A stretch of DNA of 63,302 nucleotides, counting the filler. It is 7 parts of 7 records of this genome, joined end to end, with 100 filler letters (N's around TTAATTAATTAA, not from the genome) between each part and the next. Parts side by side here need not be neighbours in the genome. Positions count along the whole stretch, not along the records: positions 1 to 10,695 come from SRR31156797_43735; positions 10,796 to 22,256 come from SRR31156797_43758; 5 more parts are not named here. One strand, 5' to 3'. Below are positions 8,905-19,224 of this stretch, piece after piece (position 1 is the first letter of the stretch; each line of letters opens with the position of its first letter). The position numbers were made by a program, and so were the translations under genes. Below the pieces are notes generated by a model that saw only the letters and a program-made list of their open reading frames with translations, had not been told where the DNA came from and did no database searches.

Positions 8905-9909
8905 TCAGCTTTCCTCATAAAAACCATGCGGTTGAAATTCTTTGGCCTTAACGCCTTTCCACATGACCAGATAGCGCCTGATTTCAAAGCAGAGGTGGCA
9001 TTTTGATATGTACCCTTTTGCGGGCGCAAAACCATACTCATCTGAAACAAACTTGAGCAGGCGAGCAACACCTCCCCTCAACAGGATGTGGAGGAATGGA
9101 TATTTTTCCGGAGTTATCGCACCCCCTAAATCGGTGTAATGAAGAGCTAGCCCCGAACAAAGTCCTGGAATATAGTGCCCGAACAGGTCCAAATGAAAAT
9201 GACTGATGTCCATCAGTTCTCTGCACCCTCCCTGGTTGGATGACAGAATTTCTTCATAAGGGGTCAGCCTGGAAATACGGGAATAGGTTTTCAAGGCCCT
9301 TCCACCCGGATGTATCCAATACCGGGACGGAAGCTTTATTAGATAGTCTGGACCATACTTGTCCTCATACTCAGCCAAGGAATGGTTTTTCCTGTCTTCA
9401 AAGGAATCTATTTCAGAATAGAAATCGGATATCCATGGAAAGACGCTTATACCAACTGCATTACATGCTTCGATCACTCCTTTGACTTTAAAAAAAGGGA
9501 TATGTTCATTATGGAACGGGCTCATGGAAACCAGAAGGGCTGAAAGGCCTCGCTCTTTCAGCGATGATAGGATCTCACAAGCTGAGTTCATGCCATTGTA
9601 CCAGGAAGAATTGGTCTCAACATATTCAATCCCCATATTTGTGGACTTACATGTTTCAACTACCATCTTCAATCCGCTCAGATCAAGAAACGGTTCTCCA
9701 CCTCCGATGTGAATCGAGCAGCATCCAAGGCTCCTGATTTTCTCTATGATCTGCACCAACATCCCTTTTTCAATATATTCTTTCTTCCATTTCGGACTGC
9801 AGAAATAGAGGCAGTGCCCACACGATGACGTACAGAAGTAATTCGTGATGACACCGCCGGAATGGAGGCGCTTTATCACAAAACCTTTTTGATGCACTCT
9901 GTTTTTCAT
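8905..9909 (-). CDS. Radical SAM protein with C-terminal Cys-containing extension
   Basis: CTSSCGHC (CxxxCxxC), GGGEP, ETN; C-terminal C...C...CHLC. Confidence 0.88.
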   Translation of the reverse strand: MKNRVHQKGFVIKRLHSGGVITNYFCTSSCGHCLYFCSPKWKKEYIEKGMLVQIIEKIRSLGCCSIHIGGGEPFLDLSGLKMVVETCKSTNMGIEYVETNSSWYNGMNSACEILSSLKERGLSALLVSMSPFHNEHIPFFKVKGVIEACNAVGISVFPWISDFYSEIDSFEDRKNHSLAEYEDKYGPDYLIKLPSRYWIHPGGRALKTYSRISRLTPYEEILSSNQGGCRELMDISHFHLDLFGHYIPGLCSGLALHYTDLGGAITPEKYPFLHILLRGGVARLLKFVSDEYGFAPAKGYISKCHLCFEIRRYLVMWKGVKAKEFQPHGFYEES

Positions 9910-10073
9910 GTGAAACCTTGTAATATTTTGATTCTTGAATCTACCGATGAAGATATCGATTTCCTGATTAACCTTTATTCCAGCTTTTATTCTTTGTCTG
10001 CCTTCCTCAAACGCACCAACAGTCGTCTATGTACTTATAAATGATCAAAAGCGCCGCAATGGATTTCGAGCTT

Positions 10074-10631
10074 CTAAAAGGGAATATCATCGTCGGGAAG
10101 TGTAACATTCGTTTCTTCCTCTTCCGGCTCCACTGCAAAATCAGGCGGTTCATCAAAAACAAACGGCGCGTCCACCACCGGCCTTTTTCTGAAAATCATC
10201 ACGTCTCCATTTCCTTTTCGGTCTAAAGCCGTGGTCACCACATAACCGGAAACCATGAGCCTGTCCTCAAACCCTTCAAGTTCAAGCCACGAGAGCAGCT
10301 CCACCAGCGCACCGTCCTTCAACCGCACCGGTGCGCCCTCCCGAATGAGAAAATCCGACCGGCTTGCCCTTTTAAGAGATTCCGCAAGCGGGGAGTCAGC
10401 CAGCCATGCGACAATTTCCTCCTGTCGTTTTGTTGCATTAATCATCATAACGTCATATTCATCATCCGCAAAATCATATGGTTCCATTTCGTCCTCCGGA
10501 GTTCCCATTTGTTTTCCTTTCGGTGGCAAATAATCGTCATCTTCATTTTCCGGCGGTTCATAGCCCGGGTCAACCTCACTGCCGATTATTTCAAACTCTA
10601 AAGTGGACCCCATGTTCAGACCGATTTTCAC
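10074..10631 (-). CDS. Acidic hypothetical protein ending in the SSB-like tail DDDIPF
   Basis: 185-aa ORF rich in D/E/P; GGAG SD upstream of the GTG start. Confidence 0.7.
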   Translation of the reverse strand: MKIGLNMGSTLEFEIIGSEVDPGYEPPENEDDDYLPPKGKQMGTPEDEMEPYDFADDEYDVMMINATKRQEEIVAWLADSPLAESLKRASRSDFLIREGAPVRLKDGALVELLSWLELEGFEDRLMVSGYVVTTALDRKGNGDVMIFRKRPVVDAPFVFDEPPDFAVEPEEEETNVTLPDDDIPF

Positions 10632-10695
10632 GAAATTTAAGCTACCAAAATACTCCTAATATCTCCATTTGATCTGCTCGAATTTTGAGTTTCGA

Positions 10696-10795
10696 NNNNN
10701 NNNNNNNNNNNNNNNNNNNNNNNNNNNNNNNNNNNNNNNTTAATTAATTAANNNNNNNNNNNNNNNNNNNNNNNNNNNNNNNNNNNNNNNNNNNN
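10696..10795. other. Artificial contig spacer
   Basis: 44 N + TTAATTAATTAA (stops in all six frames) + 44 N. Confidence 0.99.
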
Positions 10796-10825
10796 AAATC
10801 ATCGCAAAAGATAAACAGGCTCTAA

Positions 10826-12250
10826 TTAACGACTGAGCTCGACCACTTGTCGGTAAAAATCTTTTTCAAAACTCACTAGAGGGCTTTCAACCGGTACTGA
10901 ACTTTCGGTTTCGGGAGGAAAGTAGTCAGTCACAAATTGAATAAACACCGAGCTAGGTTTGCCATTGTCATCTAAGCCATACCCCACCATGTTATGAGTG
11001 GCATACAGCGACCCGCTCTTGGCTTTTATCTTTCCGCTCAGCGTCTTATCTCGCATGCTTCGTCGGTATTTCAATGTGCCTGATTCACCAGAAGAGGGAA
11101 GAATGTCGATGAGTTTTAACTTGCTATCGTTTTGCCAGATATAGTGAAGAACTTTGAGCATACTGGCCACGCGGATTCGGTTGTTGCGTGATAACCCAGA
11201 ACCGTCAACAAACTGATCGTCTTTAAGTGAGATGCCCGTTTTCTGTTCAATGACCGCTTTAATGGCCTCAGTTCCGTTGTTATAACTACCTGATTGCTGA
11301 TAAAAGTGGTGGCCGATAGTTTTGGTTACTGTGTCGGCAATTAAGTTGTTTGAGTCTTGGAGCATCGTCTCCAATAGCACTGAAAGAGGTTCAGAACTGT
11401 GGCTTGCAATGACCTCGCCGGGTTGTGGCATCTTGCCTATCTTGATATCACCTTTTAGCTCAATTCCAAGTTGATTTAGCAGTTTATAAAGGCTTCTTTG
11501 CGCGTATAAATCGGTGTTTTGCACTGCAAACTTCAGCGGTAAAGGCTTAGATCGTTCAACCAAGCAGCCGGATAACTGATAGTGATTTTCCTGAGTTGAA
11601 AGAAGCTCCAAATCACAATGCATATCTTGCTGTTGCTGTTTAGAGACAGTTGTAGCATCGGTCATGACATAAACAGGGTATTGCTCTGGGACATACACTC
11701 GCGTTTGGCCATTTTTTTCGGTGTAAATCGATGACTGAATACAATTGCCGTCAATATTGATCGAACTTGCCGGTGCGCTATAACAAACACCTACAATATC
11801 CCATGGCCATCCTACCGCCTTCTCATAACCACTAAATACTGTGTTATCGAGCCAGATATCGCCGGTTATTACTTTTGAGTTACCGGATTTAACCTGACTC
11901 AATAGATTTTTAAGCTGATCGCTAGTCAAAGTAGGATCACCCGAGAACACGATTGAGTAATTGTTTTTGTTTTTGGTCAGCTGCGTTTGGAAACGAAACT
12001 CATCCCCTAATTCCATTTTCGCTGCTAACGCGGTAATCACTTTTAGTGTGCTCGCCGGAGGAAAATATTGATTGGCGGATTGAGGCGTCAGTTCAATATT
12101 GTCACTCAATTTCTGAGCGATAAGTGCGTATCGCGTAGCGGGAGGGAACGATTCGGAAACTGGATTCGCTTCAACTTGGTGAGGTGTCAGAGTGAAACTC
12201 ACTGCAACCAGAAAAGTAAAAGCGATTTTAGTAAATAGTACGCGCTGCAT
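10826..12250 (-). CDS. dacB: D-alanyl-D-alanine carboxypeptidase/endopeptidase PBP4
   Basis: PASTLK (SxxK), SNN and KSG motifs; DGSGLSRNN. Confidence 0.95.
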   Translation of the reverse strand: MQRVLFTKIAFTFLVAVSFTLTPHQVEANPVSESFPPATRYALIAQKLSDNIELTPQSANQYFPPASTLKVITALAAKMELGDEFRFQTQLTKNKNNYSIVFSGDPTLTSDQLKNLLSQVKSGNSKVITGDIWLDNTVFSGYEKAVGWPWDIVGVCYSAPASSINIDGNCIQSSIYTEKNGQTRVYVPEQYPVYVMTDATTVSKQQQQDMHCDLELLSTQENHYQLSGCLVERSKPLPLKFAVQNTDLYAQRSLYKLLNQLGIELKGDIKIGKMPQPGEVIASHSSEPLSVLLETMLQDSNNLIADTVTKTIGHHFYQQSGSYNNGTEAIKAVIEQKTGISLKDDQFVDGSGLSRNNRIRVASMLKVLHYIWQNDSKLKLIDILPSSGESGTLKYRRSMRDKTLSGKIKAKSGSLYATHNMVGYGLDDNGKPSSVFIQFVTDYFPPETESSVPVESPLVSFEKDFYRQVVELSR

Positions 12251-12425
12251 AATGCCTGAATGATTTCTGAAATATGTTGTTCAGTATAAAGGTTTACGCA
12301 CTGGGTTTCATTGTTGTGTGTAATCAAATGCTAGCTTTACATGTCGGATAACGCTTATCTTAAACGCGCTTGTAGCCATACAAATCGTGATGATCGATCA
12401 ACTTATGGCCTTGCTTTGCCTTGAT

Positions 12426-12447
12426 TTTGGTGATTTAGTTCACATTT
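12426..12447. promoter_or_regulatory. Candidate CRP-binding site in the dacB/porin divergent region
   Basis: TTTGGTGATTTAGTTCACATTT versus consensus AAATGTGATCTAGATCACATTT; 9 of 10 core positions match. Confidence 0.6.
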
Positions 12448-12769
12448 TTATGTGAATAAATATAAAGCTCCGCAGGGAAAAAAGCGACATTCTGTGATTT
12501 TTTGTTTAATTGTTCAGATTCTTACTTTTAATAAAATTATTTAATATCAATGATTTGATGTTTTTTTATTAATTAAAAAACAAAAGTTCCCGCCATTTAG
12601 TTCTTTTTACTAGTCTATGCTGAAGTCGCAGAGTTAAATAATTCAAGTGTATTAATCATCACAGTTACTGTGTTGGTATCAATCATTCTTCACGATTTTT
12701 GTGTTGATGTGACTTAAACAAAATACTTAACGCGTTCGGCTAAGTAATAAAGGAATAGGGATTAATCTA

Positions 12770-13744
12770 ATGAACAAGAAATTTTTAGCGCTAGCAGTGG
12801 CGGCTTTAGTTTCAGGTGCTGCAAATGCGGCTAACATCTACGAAGATGATGCAACAACGTTTGGTGTGTCTGGTGAGATCGATACGTTCTTAAGCCAGTT
12901 CGAGGCAGATGGTACAACGGCTGGCCGTGATCTGGATGCAGACCTTTGGGCAAAAATCCAAATTGATGCTACTCATAAACTGAATGATACCGTTACTGTA
13001 TTCGGCTCATTTGAGATGGAAAACGGCGAAGGCTACGGCGAAAATGGTGAAAAAGACCTGAAAACTGATGACCTATACTTCGGTGCTATGTTTGGTGAAA
13101 GCTTTGGTATTGCTGCAGGTGAAGTAGGTGACTTCGGTGACTCTTTCAACGCAATTACTATCGATAACACTAACGAAGGTTATGGCTTCATGGATGACTT
13201 CGTGACTGATTTTGAGTCAGACGGTCATACAATTGCAGCGAAATATGAAGCAAACGGTCTAGTTCTTGTTGCTGATACTTACCTAGACGAAGATGAAGGC
13301 CAAGATGCCGCTTACGGTGTTTCGGCTTCTTACACAATTTCAGGCTTTAACGTAGGTGCTTCTTACCAAGATCACGGTAACCGTGATGGTGTTGATAGCA
13401 CTAACAACGGTGACAACGACGTATACGGTGTTAAAGTTGGCTACGCTGCAGACGCATTCTCTATCGCTGCTCACTACGTAGTAGAACAGCAAGACAGTGT
13501 AGATACTGATGTTATCGGCCTTGCGGCTGACTACAAATTTGATGCTGCTCGTCTATACGTATCAGGTTTTGTAGCGGATCAAGATGGTGCTGAAGAAGAC
13601 TTGACAGCATATACAGTAGGTGCTGACTACTCATTCTCTAACAACCTGTTAGGTTTTGTTGAATACTCAGCTCAAGACAATTCTGAGTACGAAAGCAACA
13701 CAGATAACTCTCTATACCTAGTTGGTATGTACTACATGTTCTAA
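12770..13744 (+). CDS. Outer membrane porin (second, non-OmpU porin)
   Basis: Signal peptide ending ANA, amphipathic beta-strands, C-terminal YMF; highly expressed-type codon usage. Confidence 0.9.
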   Translation: MNKKFLALAVAALVSGAANAANIYEDDATTFGVSGEIDTFLSQFEADGTTAGRDLDADLWAKIQIDATHKLNDTVTVFGSFEMENGEGYGENGEKDLKTDDLYFGAMFGESFGIAAGEVGDFGDSFNAITIDNTNEGYGFMDDFVTDFESDGHTIAAKYEANGLVLVADTYLDEDEGQDAAYGVSASYTISGFNVGASYQDHGNRDGVDSTNNGDNDVYGVKVGYAADAFSIAAHYVVEQQDSVDTDVIGLAADYKFDAARLYVSGFVADQDGAEEDLTAYTVGADYSFSNNLLGFVEYSAQDNSEYESNTDNSLYLVGMYYMF

Positions 13745-13766
13745 GCCCGCTTAGTGATTGTTAGTG

Positions 13767-13795
13767 AAAACGCCTGCATTTCAGCAGGCGTTTTT
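13767..13795. terminator. Bidirectional intrinsic terminator between the convergent porins
   Basis: AAAACGCCTGC-ATTTCA-GCAGGCGTTTTT. Confidence 0.85.
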
Positions 13796-13813
13796 GTATC
13801 TGGCGTTAGACAA

Positions 13814-14818
13814 TTAGAAGTCGTAGCGCAGACCTAGTGCAATTTCATCTTCAGCATCGGCTTTTGATGCAACACCTTGACTATACGTACCAGCTTGTGA
13901 ACTTGTAAATGCATCACCTTGGTCGATCAGGTTGAAGTTGTAAGATACATAAGCACGGAAGTTTGGCTTGAAGTAGTAAGTCGCATCGACAGCAACATTG
14001 TTCGCTGACGTGTTATCCCAGCTTTCAGCTTTGTTATAGGTTGATGTAAGTACCGTTTTACCTAATGTGTAACTCGCTGCAAATTCATAACCGGTGTAAT
14101 CAAACGTGGTGTCGTTGGCTTTGCTGATTTGCTTTTCACCATCAGTGAAAACACCAGCAAAATAGAAATCAGCAATTGAGTATGATGCAGCAAGCATGTA
14201 TTCATTAGCTTCATCTTGTTCTGCGTAGCCACCACCTAATGCCAAGCCTGTTTGGCCGACATTGTAGATTGCCGATAATGAGTAACCATTTTGCTCGTTA
14301 TCGCCCTCTAAATCTGAATCTCTATCAGCAAAGCGGTAGCTTGCTTTAAAGTTAAAGTCTGAGAAAGCACCTTTGTAGGTCACCATGTTGTCCGTGCGGT
14401 CAGCGACAGCAAGTTTGTCTGCAGCCGAGTTACCATGGTAAGCCATGATATCGGTAAAATCAGTGATGACGCCTAGAGCACCATCGTTTTTACCATAAGT
14501 GATTTCACCAAAGTTGCCGCCAATACCTGCATAAGTATAACGGTTGTCTAAATCAGAACCGCCGTCATTGTCTTCAGTAGTAAACTCACCTTCATAGAAG
14601 CCGACACCGTACAGGCTGTCGTTGATCATGGTTTTACCAAGAAAGTTAAGACGGACACGAGATTCGTCGTAAGCTTTACCATCTTGGATCGACATACGAG
14701 CTTCTGCGCGGCCACCCATATTGAGAGATGTGCCGTCTTGATTATAAAGTTCGTTAGCGTTTGCACCAGTTACCGCTGCTGTACTTGTTACTGCTAAAGC
14801 AATCAGAGTTTTTTTCAT
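13814..14818 (-). CDS. ompU: Outer membrane porin OmpU
   Basis: MGGRAEAR, SRVRLNFLG, GVITDFTDIMAYHG, YYFKPNFRAY and GLRYDF; located between dacB and greA as in Vibrio. Confidence 0.92.
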   Translation of the reverse strand: MKKTLIALAVTSTAAVTGANANELYNQDGTSLNMGGRAEARMSIQDGKAYDESRVRLNFLGKTMINDSLYGVGFYEGEFTTEDNDGGSDLDNRYTYAGIGGNFGEITYGKNDGALGVITDFTDIMAYHGNSAADKLAVADRTDNMVTYKGAFSDFNFKASYRFADRDSDLEGDNEQNGYSLSAIYNVGQTGLALGGGYAEQDEANEYMLAASYSIADFYFAGVFTDGEKQISKANDTTFDYTGYEFAASYTLGKTVLTSTYNKAESWDNTSANNVAVDATYYFKPNFRAYVSYNFNLIDQGDAFTSSQAGTYSQGVASKADAEDEIALGLRYDF

Positions 14819-15310
14819 TTTTGGGTCCTAATTAGCTGTCTATTTTTTTAGGGTTTATTTACTACAGTGGCCATATCTTTTTACTGAAATCTTTATTAAT
14901 CAGGTTTCATTGTTTAAATATGCGTGTGGTTTCAAATATACACATCTATTCATTGTGCAACTAGATATGCCGCAGAGACATTTAAACCGCAAATGCTGGT
15001 CACTAGTGAGTGAAATGATATAAAAGTTTATTGAACAGTGTTCAATTTAGAGCTTTTAGGTTTAAGTTATTGATAAGTAATATTTTAAAATATAAAAATA
15101 CATCATTGGAGTGAATGTGAATGAAATATCAATGGAATCTAAATGGGTCCACGGATGAAAGGCCAAGTGAAACAGCTCTCAGTTAGACGATAATTAGGAC
15201 GGACAATTTGAAAGGTTTGTGCGCTGTCAGTAAATTCTTGTATCTAATTTTGAATTTGGATGATTTCGTCACTAACTTTGTTTACACTTATTGAAAATAC
15301 ATTCATTCAT

Positions 15311-15349
15311 ACAGCCTATCTCTTCTAGGAGACTAGGCTGTTTCGTTTT
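15311..15349 (+). terminator. Terminator-like hairpin in the greA leader
   Basis: ACAGCCTA-TCTC...GAGA-C-TAGGCTGT followed by TTCGTTTT, about 32 nt before the greA ATG. Confidence 0.6.
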
Positions 15350-15381
15350 GTCCAAAGGTAGCTTTGGCGTAGAGGTATAAA

Positions 15382-15855
15382 ATGGAAAAAGTTCCAATGA
15401 CAGTACGTGGCGAAAAGTTGCTACGTGATGAACTTGAAAGATTGTTGAAGTTACGTCCACAAATTTCTACCGCGATTGCAGAGGCTCGCGAACTGGGCGA
15501 TTTAAAAGAGAATGCCGAGTATCATGCTGCGCGTGAAGAGCAGGGCATCTGTGAAGCGCAAATCCGCGATATTGAGTACAAGTTGTCTGTCGCTCAAGTG
15601 ATCGACGTAACTAAAATGGATAAAACTGGCAAAGTTATCTTCGGTTCGACAGTCTCTTTGATTGACGTTGATACCGATGAAGAGAAAACCTACCAAATTG
15701 TGGGTGATGATGAAGCGGATATTAAAGCTGGACGCATCTCAGTGAGCTCTCCAATTGCTCGTGGTCTTATTGCGAAAAGCGAAGGTGATGAAGTCACTAT
15801 TGTCACTCCAGGTGGTGAGAAAGTTTTCGAAATTGACCGAGTAGACTATATCTAA
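15382..15855 (+). CDS. greA: Transcription elongation factor GreA
   Basis: [12 protein letters not shown] and SPIARGL motifs. Confidence 0.98.
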   Translation: MEKVPMTVRGEKLLRDELERLLKLRPQISTAIAEARELGDLKENAEYHAAREEQGICEAQIRDIEYKLSVAQVIDVTKMDKTGKVIFGSTVSLIDVDTDEEKTYQIVGDDEADIKAGRISVSSPIARGLIAKSEGDEVTIVTPGGEKVFEIDRVDYI

Positions 15856-15939
15856 TTGCCTACTGGGGTATTCGATGCTGAGTGATCAAGTTTTCACTTT
15901 ATAGCTTACATATGGTGTGAAAGCTTTAGCACTAAAAAA

Positions 15940-15970
15940 ACAAAAAGGTCGCAAACCGCGACCTTTTTGT
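15940..15970. terminator. Bidirectional terminator between greA and yhbY
   Basis: ACAAAAAGGTCGC-AAACC-GCGACCTTTTTGT. Confidence 0.88.
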
Positions 15971-16048
15971 AATCTTAAGTAACACTTTTTAATAATATCA
16001 ATGCCAGTCGTTAATGATCATATCATTGCTGGAATTGGTATCAGTTAA

Positions 16049-16345
16049 TTACTTACGTGGTAATTCAATCTTACGTTGCTCTGACGGACGGTACAGAACA
16101 AGTACTTTACCAATTACTTGTACTTTTTCTGCTTCTGTCTCTCGAACGATCGCGTCAACAATCAGTTGTTTTGTCTCACGATCTTCAGACACCACTTTCA
16201 CTTTAATTAGCTCGTGGTGGTCAAGCGCAATTTCGATTTCTGCTAAAACAGCTTCCGTTAGTCCGTTCGCGCCCATGAGAACTACTGGTTTCAAATGGTG
16301 TGCCAGACCTTTTAGGTGCTGTTTTTGTTTGTTGCTTAGGTTCAT
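16049..16345 (-). CDS. yhbY: Ribosome assembly RNA-binding protein YhbY (CRM domain)
   Basis: [29 protein letters not shown]. Confidence 0.96.
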   Translation of the reverse strand: MNLSNKQKQHLKGLAHHLKPVVLMGANGLTEAVLAEIEIALDHHELIKVKVVSEDRETKQLIVDAIVRETEAEKVQVIGKVLVLYRPSEQRKIELPRK

Positions 16346-16464
16346 TACGCGCCCAAATTTCTATATTATCAGGGTTGAAAAACGCTATTTTAACGCCATC
16401 TATCATTGAAGACTATATTTTCTACCATACTTTCTCAGATAGATGCTGTTTGATTAGGATTAGA

Positions 16465-17094
16465 ATGAGTAAACAGAAACATTCAGCGAGCTCTGGCCGC
16501 TGGTTGAAAGAACACTTTGATGACAAGTATGTGAATGAAGCAAAAAAGAAAGGTTATCGTTCACGTGCTATCTTTAAAATTGAAGAAATTCAAGAAAAAG
16601 ACAAACTATTAAAGTCAGGAATGACCGTTGTCGATCTCGGTGCTGCGCCGGGGGGATGGTCGCAGTATGCTGCCGGTATTGTCGGTGATTCAGGGCAAGT
16701 GATTGCTTGTGATATTTTGCCGATGGATTCCATTGCGGGTGTCGCCTTTTTACAAGGTGATTTTCGTGAGGAGTCAGTGCTTGATGCATTATTAGAAAGA
16801 ATACAACCGGATATGGTGGATGTTGTGATGTCTGATATGGCGCCCAACATGGCGGGAAATCTTTCTGTTGACCAACCAAGAGCAATGTACTTGGTGGAAT
16901 TAGCATTAGATATGTGTCGACAAGTTCTGGCGCCTAATGGTAGTTTTGTTGTAAAAGTGTTTCAGGGCGAAGGATTTGACCAGTACGTTAAAGATGTCAG
17001 AGACATGTTTAAGGTGGTAAAAATTCGCAAACCAGATTCTTCAAGAGCGCGTTCTCGAGAAGTTTATATCGTCGCCACTGGTTACAAAGGTTAA
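16465..17094 (+). CDS. rlmE: 23S rRNA Um2552 methyltransferase (start reassigned to ATG 16465)
   Basis: [34 protein letters not shown]. Confidence 0.97.
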   Translation: MSKQKHSASSGRWLKEHFDDKYVNEAKKKGYRSRAIFKIEEIQEKDKLLKSGMTVVDLGAAPGGWSQYAAGIVGDSGQVIACDILPMDSIAGVAFLQGDFREESVLDALLERIQPDMVDVVMSDMAPNMAGNLSVDQPRAMYLVELALDMCRQVLAPNGSFVVKVFQGEGFDQYVKDVRDMFKVVKIRKPDSSRARSREVYIVATGYKG

Positions 17095-17193
17095 CTATTT
17101 CACCCTTAGTGAGAATGGTTAACACTATGGCTACAGCCTAGAAACTGTAGTACCCTACCTTTAATTACAATTAGTTATCGAGAGGCTTACACC

Positions 17194-19152
17194 TTGAGTG
17201 ACATGGCAAAAAATTTAATTCTGTGGCTTGTGATAGCTGTCGTGTTGATGTCTGTATTCCAAAGCTTTGGTCCTGGAGACAACAACGGTAGAACTATCGA
17301 TTACACCACATTTGTGCAAGAAGTTGGCCAAGGCCAGATTCAAGAAGCTCAATTTAATAATAGTGAGATAAGCTTTACTCGTAGAGGTAGCAGTGCACGT
17401 TACGTCACTTATATGCCTGTTTATGACGAAAAATTGCTTGATGATTTAATTAACCAAAATGTAAAAGTTCAAGGTACTGCTCCTGAAGAGCAAAGCCTGT
17501 TAGGAACTATCTTTATTTCTTGGTTCCCAATGATTCTGCTTGTGGGTGTGTGGATTTTCTTCATGCGTCAAATGCAAGGCGGTGGCGGCAAAGGCGCAAT
17601 GTCCTTTGGTAAAAGCAAAGCCCGCATGATGAGCGAAGAGCAGATCAAAACCACATTCGGCGATGTCGCTGGCTGTGATGAAGCAAAAGAAGATGTAAAA
17701 GAACTGGTTGATTACCTGCGTGATCCAAGCCGATTCCAGAAACTCGGTGGTAAAATCCCAACGGGCGTACTGATGGTTGGTCCTCCTGGTACAGGTAAAA
17801 CGTTGCTGGCGAAAGCGATTGCTGGTGAAGCAAAAGTACCGTTCTTTACTATTTCAGGTTCTGACTTCGTAGAAATGTTTGTTGGTGTCGGTGCATCTCG
17901 TGTACGTGACATGTTCGAACAAGCGAAGAAAGCGGCACCTTGTATCATCTTTATCGATGAAATCGATGCGGTAGGTCGTCAGCGTGGCGCTGGTGTTGGT
18001 GGTGGTCACGATGAACGTGAACAAACACTGAACCAAATGCTGGTTGAAATGGATGGTTTCGAAGGTAACGAAGGTATCATCGTTATCGCAGCGACTAACC
18101 GTCCTGACGTACTTGACCCAGCACTTCTTCGTCCTGGTCGTTTTGACCGTCAGGTTGTGGTTGGTTTACCAGATGTACGCGGTCGTGAGCAGATTCTTAA
18201 AGTTCACATGCGTAAAGTGCCTCTGGCTGGCGATGTTGAACCATCACTGATTGCTCGTGGTACACCAGGTTTCTCTGGCGCAGATTTAGCTAACCTTGTT
18301 AACGAAGCGGCACTATTTGCTGCTCGCGGCAACAAGCGTAATGTTTCTATGGTTGAGTTTGAGCTGGCTAAAGACAAAATCATGATGGGTGCAGAGCGCC
18401 GTTCAATGGTGATGTCTGAAGAAGTTAAAGAATCGACGGCATACCACGAAGCCGGTCACGCGATCATTGGTCGTCTGGTTCCTGAACATGACCCAGTTTA
18501 CAAAGTATCTATCATTCCACGTGGTCGAGCGTTAGGTGTCACTATGTACTTACCGGAGCAAGACCGTGTAAGTATGTCTAAGCAACATCTTGAGTCGATG
18601 ATTTCCAGCCTTTATGGTGGGCGTCTAGCGGAAGAGCTGATTTATGGTAAGGATAAGGTCTCGACGGGTGCATCGAATGATATTGAACGAGCGACTGATA
18701 TTGCTCGTAAGATGGTCACTCAATGGGGCTTCTCTGAGAAGTTGGGGCCTATGCTTTATGCTGAAGATGAAGGGGAAGTATTCCTTGGTCGTAGCGTGAC
18801 ACAAACTAAGCATATGTCTGATGATACCGCTAAGCTGATCGATGATGAAATCCGTATTCTTATCGACCGTAACTATGATCGTGCTCGTAAGTTGTTGGAA
18901 GACAACATGGATATCATGCATTCAATGAAAGATGCTTTGATGAAGTACGAAACCATTGATGCTGGTCAGATTGACGATCTCATGGAACGCAAAGAAGAAA
19001 TACGTGAACCAGCTGGTTGGGCTGACCAAGCCAAAGCTCAAGACGAGAAAAAAGCAGCAGCTAAGGCTGAAGCGCCAAAATCTGAAGAGAAAGCTGAAGA
19101 ACCGAAAGAAGAAACAACTACAGAATCAACAGATAACAAAGATTCTGAATAG
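17194..19152 (+). CDS. ftsH: ATP-dependent zinc metalloprotease FtsH
   Basis: Two TM helices, [20 protein letters not shown]. Confidence 0.98.
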   Translation: MSDMAKNLILWLVIAVVLMSVFQSFGPGDNNGRTIDYTTFVQEVGQGQIQEAQFNNSEISFTRRGSSARYVTYMPVYDEKLLDDLINQNVKVQGTAPEEQSLLGTIFISWFPMILLVGVWIFFMRQMQGGGGKGAMSFGKSKARMMSEEQIKTTFGDVAGCDEAKEDVKELVDYLRDPSRFQKLGGKIPTGVLMVGPPGTGKTLLAKAIAGEAKVPFFTISGSDFVEMFVGVGASRVRDMFEQAKKAAPCIIFIDEIDAVGRQRGAGVGGGHDEREQTLNQMLVEMDGFEGNEGIIVIAATNRPDVLDPALLRPGRFDRQVVVGLPDVRGREQILKVHMRKVPLAGDVEPSLIARGTPGFSGADLANLVNEAALFAARGNKRNVSMVEFELAKDKIMMGAERRSMVMSEEVKESTAYHEAGHAIIGRLVPEHDPVYKVSIIPRGRALGVTMYLPEQDRVSMSKQHLESMISSLYGGRLAEELIYGKDKVSTGASNDIERATDIARKMVTQWGFSEKLGPMLYAEDEGEVFLGRSVTQTKHMSDDTAKLIDDEIRILIDRNYDRARKLLEDNMDIMHSMKDALMKYETIDAGQIDDLMERKEEIREPAGWADQAKAQDEKKAAAKAEAPKSEEKAEEPKEETTTESTDNKDSE

Positions 19153-19167
19153 TCTTCAATTTATGAC

Positions 19168-19192
19168 AAAACCCCGACTCGTTCGGGGTTTT
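19168..19192 (+). terminator. Intrinsic terminator after ftsH
   Basis: AAAACCCCGA-CTCGT-TCGGGGTTTT. Confidence 0.8.
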
Positions 19193-19224
19193 CTGTTTCA
19201 GGGTTATGGAAACACGCACAATTT

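Noticed and set aside
500-10695. Integron cassette array or mobile element explaining the mosaic first contig
   Set aside because: No attC-like repeats, integrase, transposase or terminal repeats were seen; gene orientations are mixed.
10740-10751. Repeated TTAATTAATTAA palindrome, six copies in the window
   Set aside because: Always centred in N-runs; a synthetic six-frame stop linker, not a biological repeat.
14819-15300. ToxR boxes upstream of ompU
   Set aside because: The region is AT-rich and the motif too degenerate to place from sequence alone.
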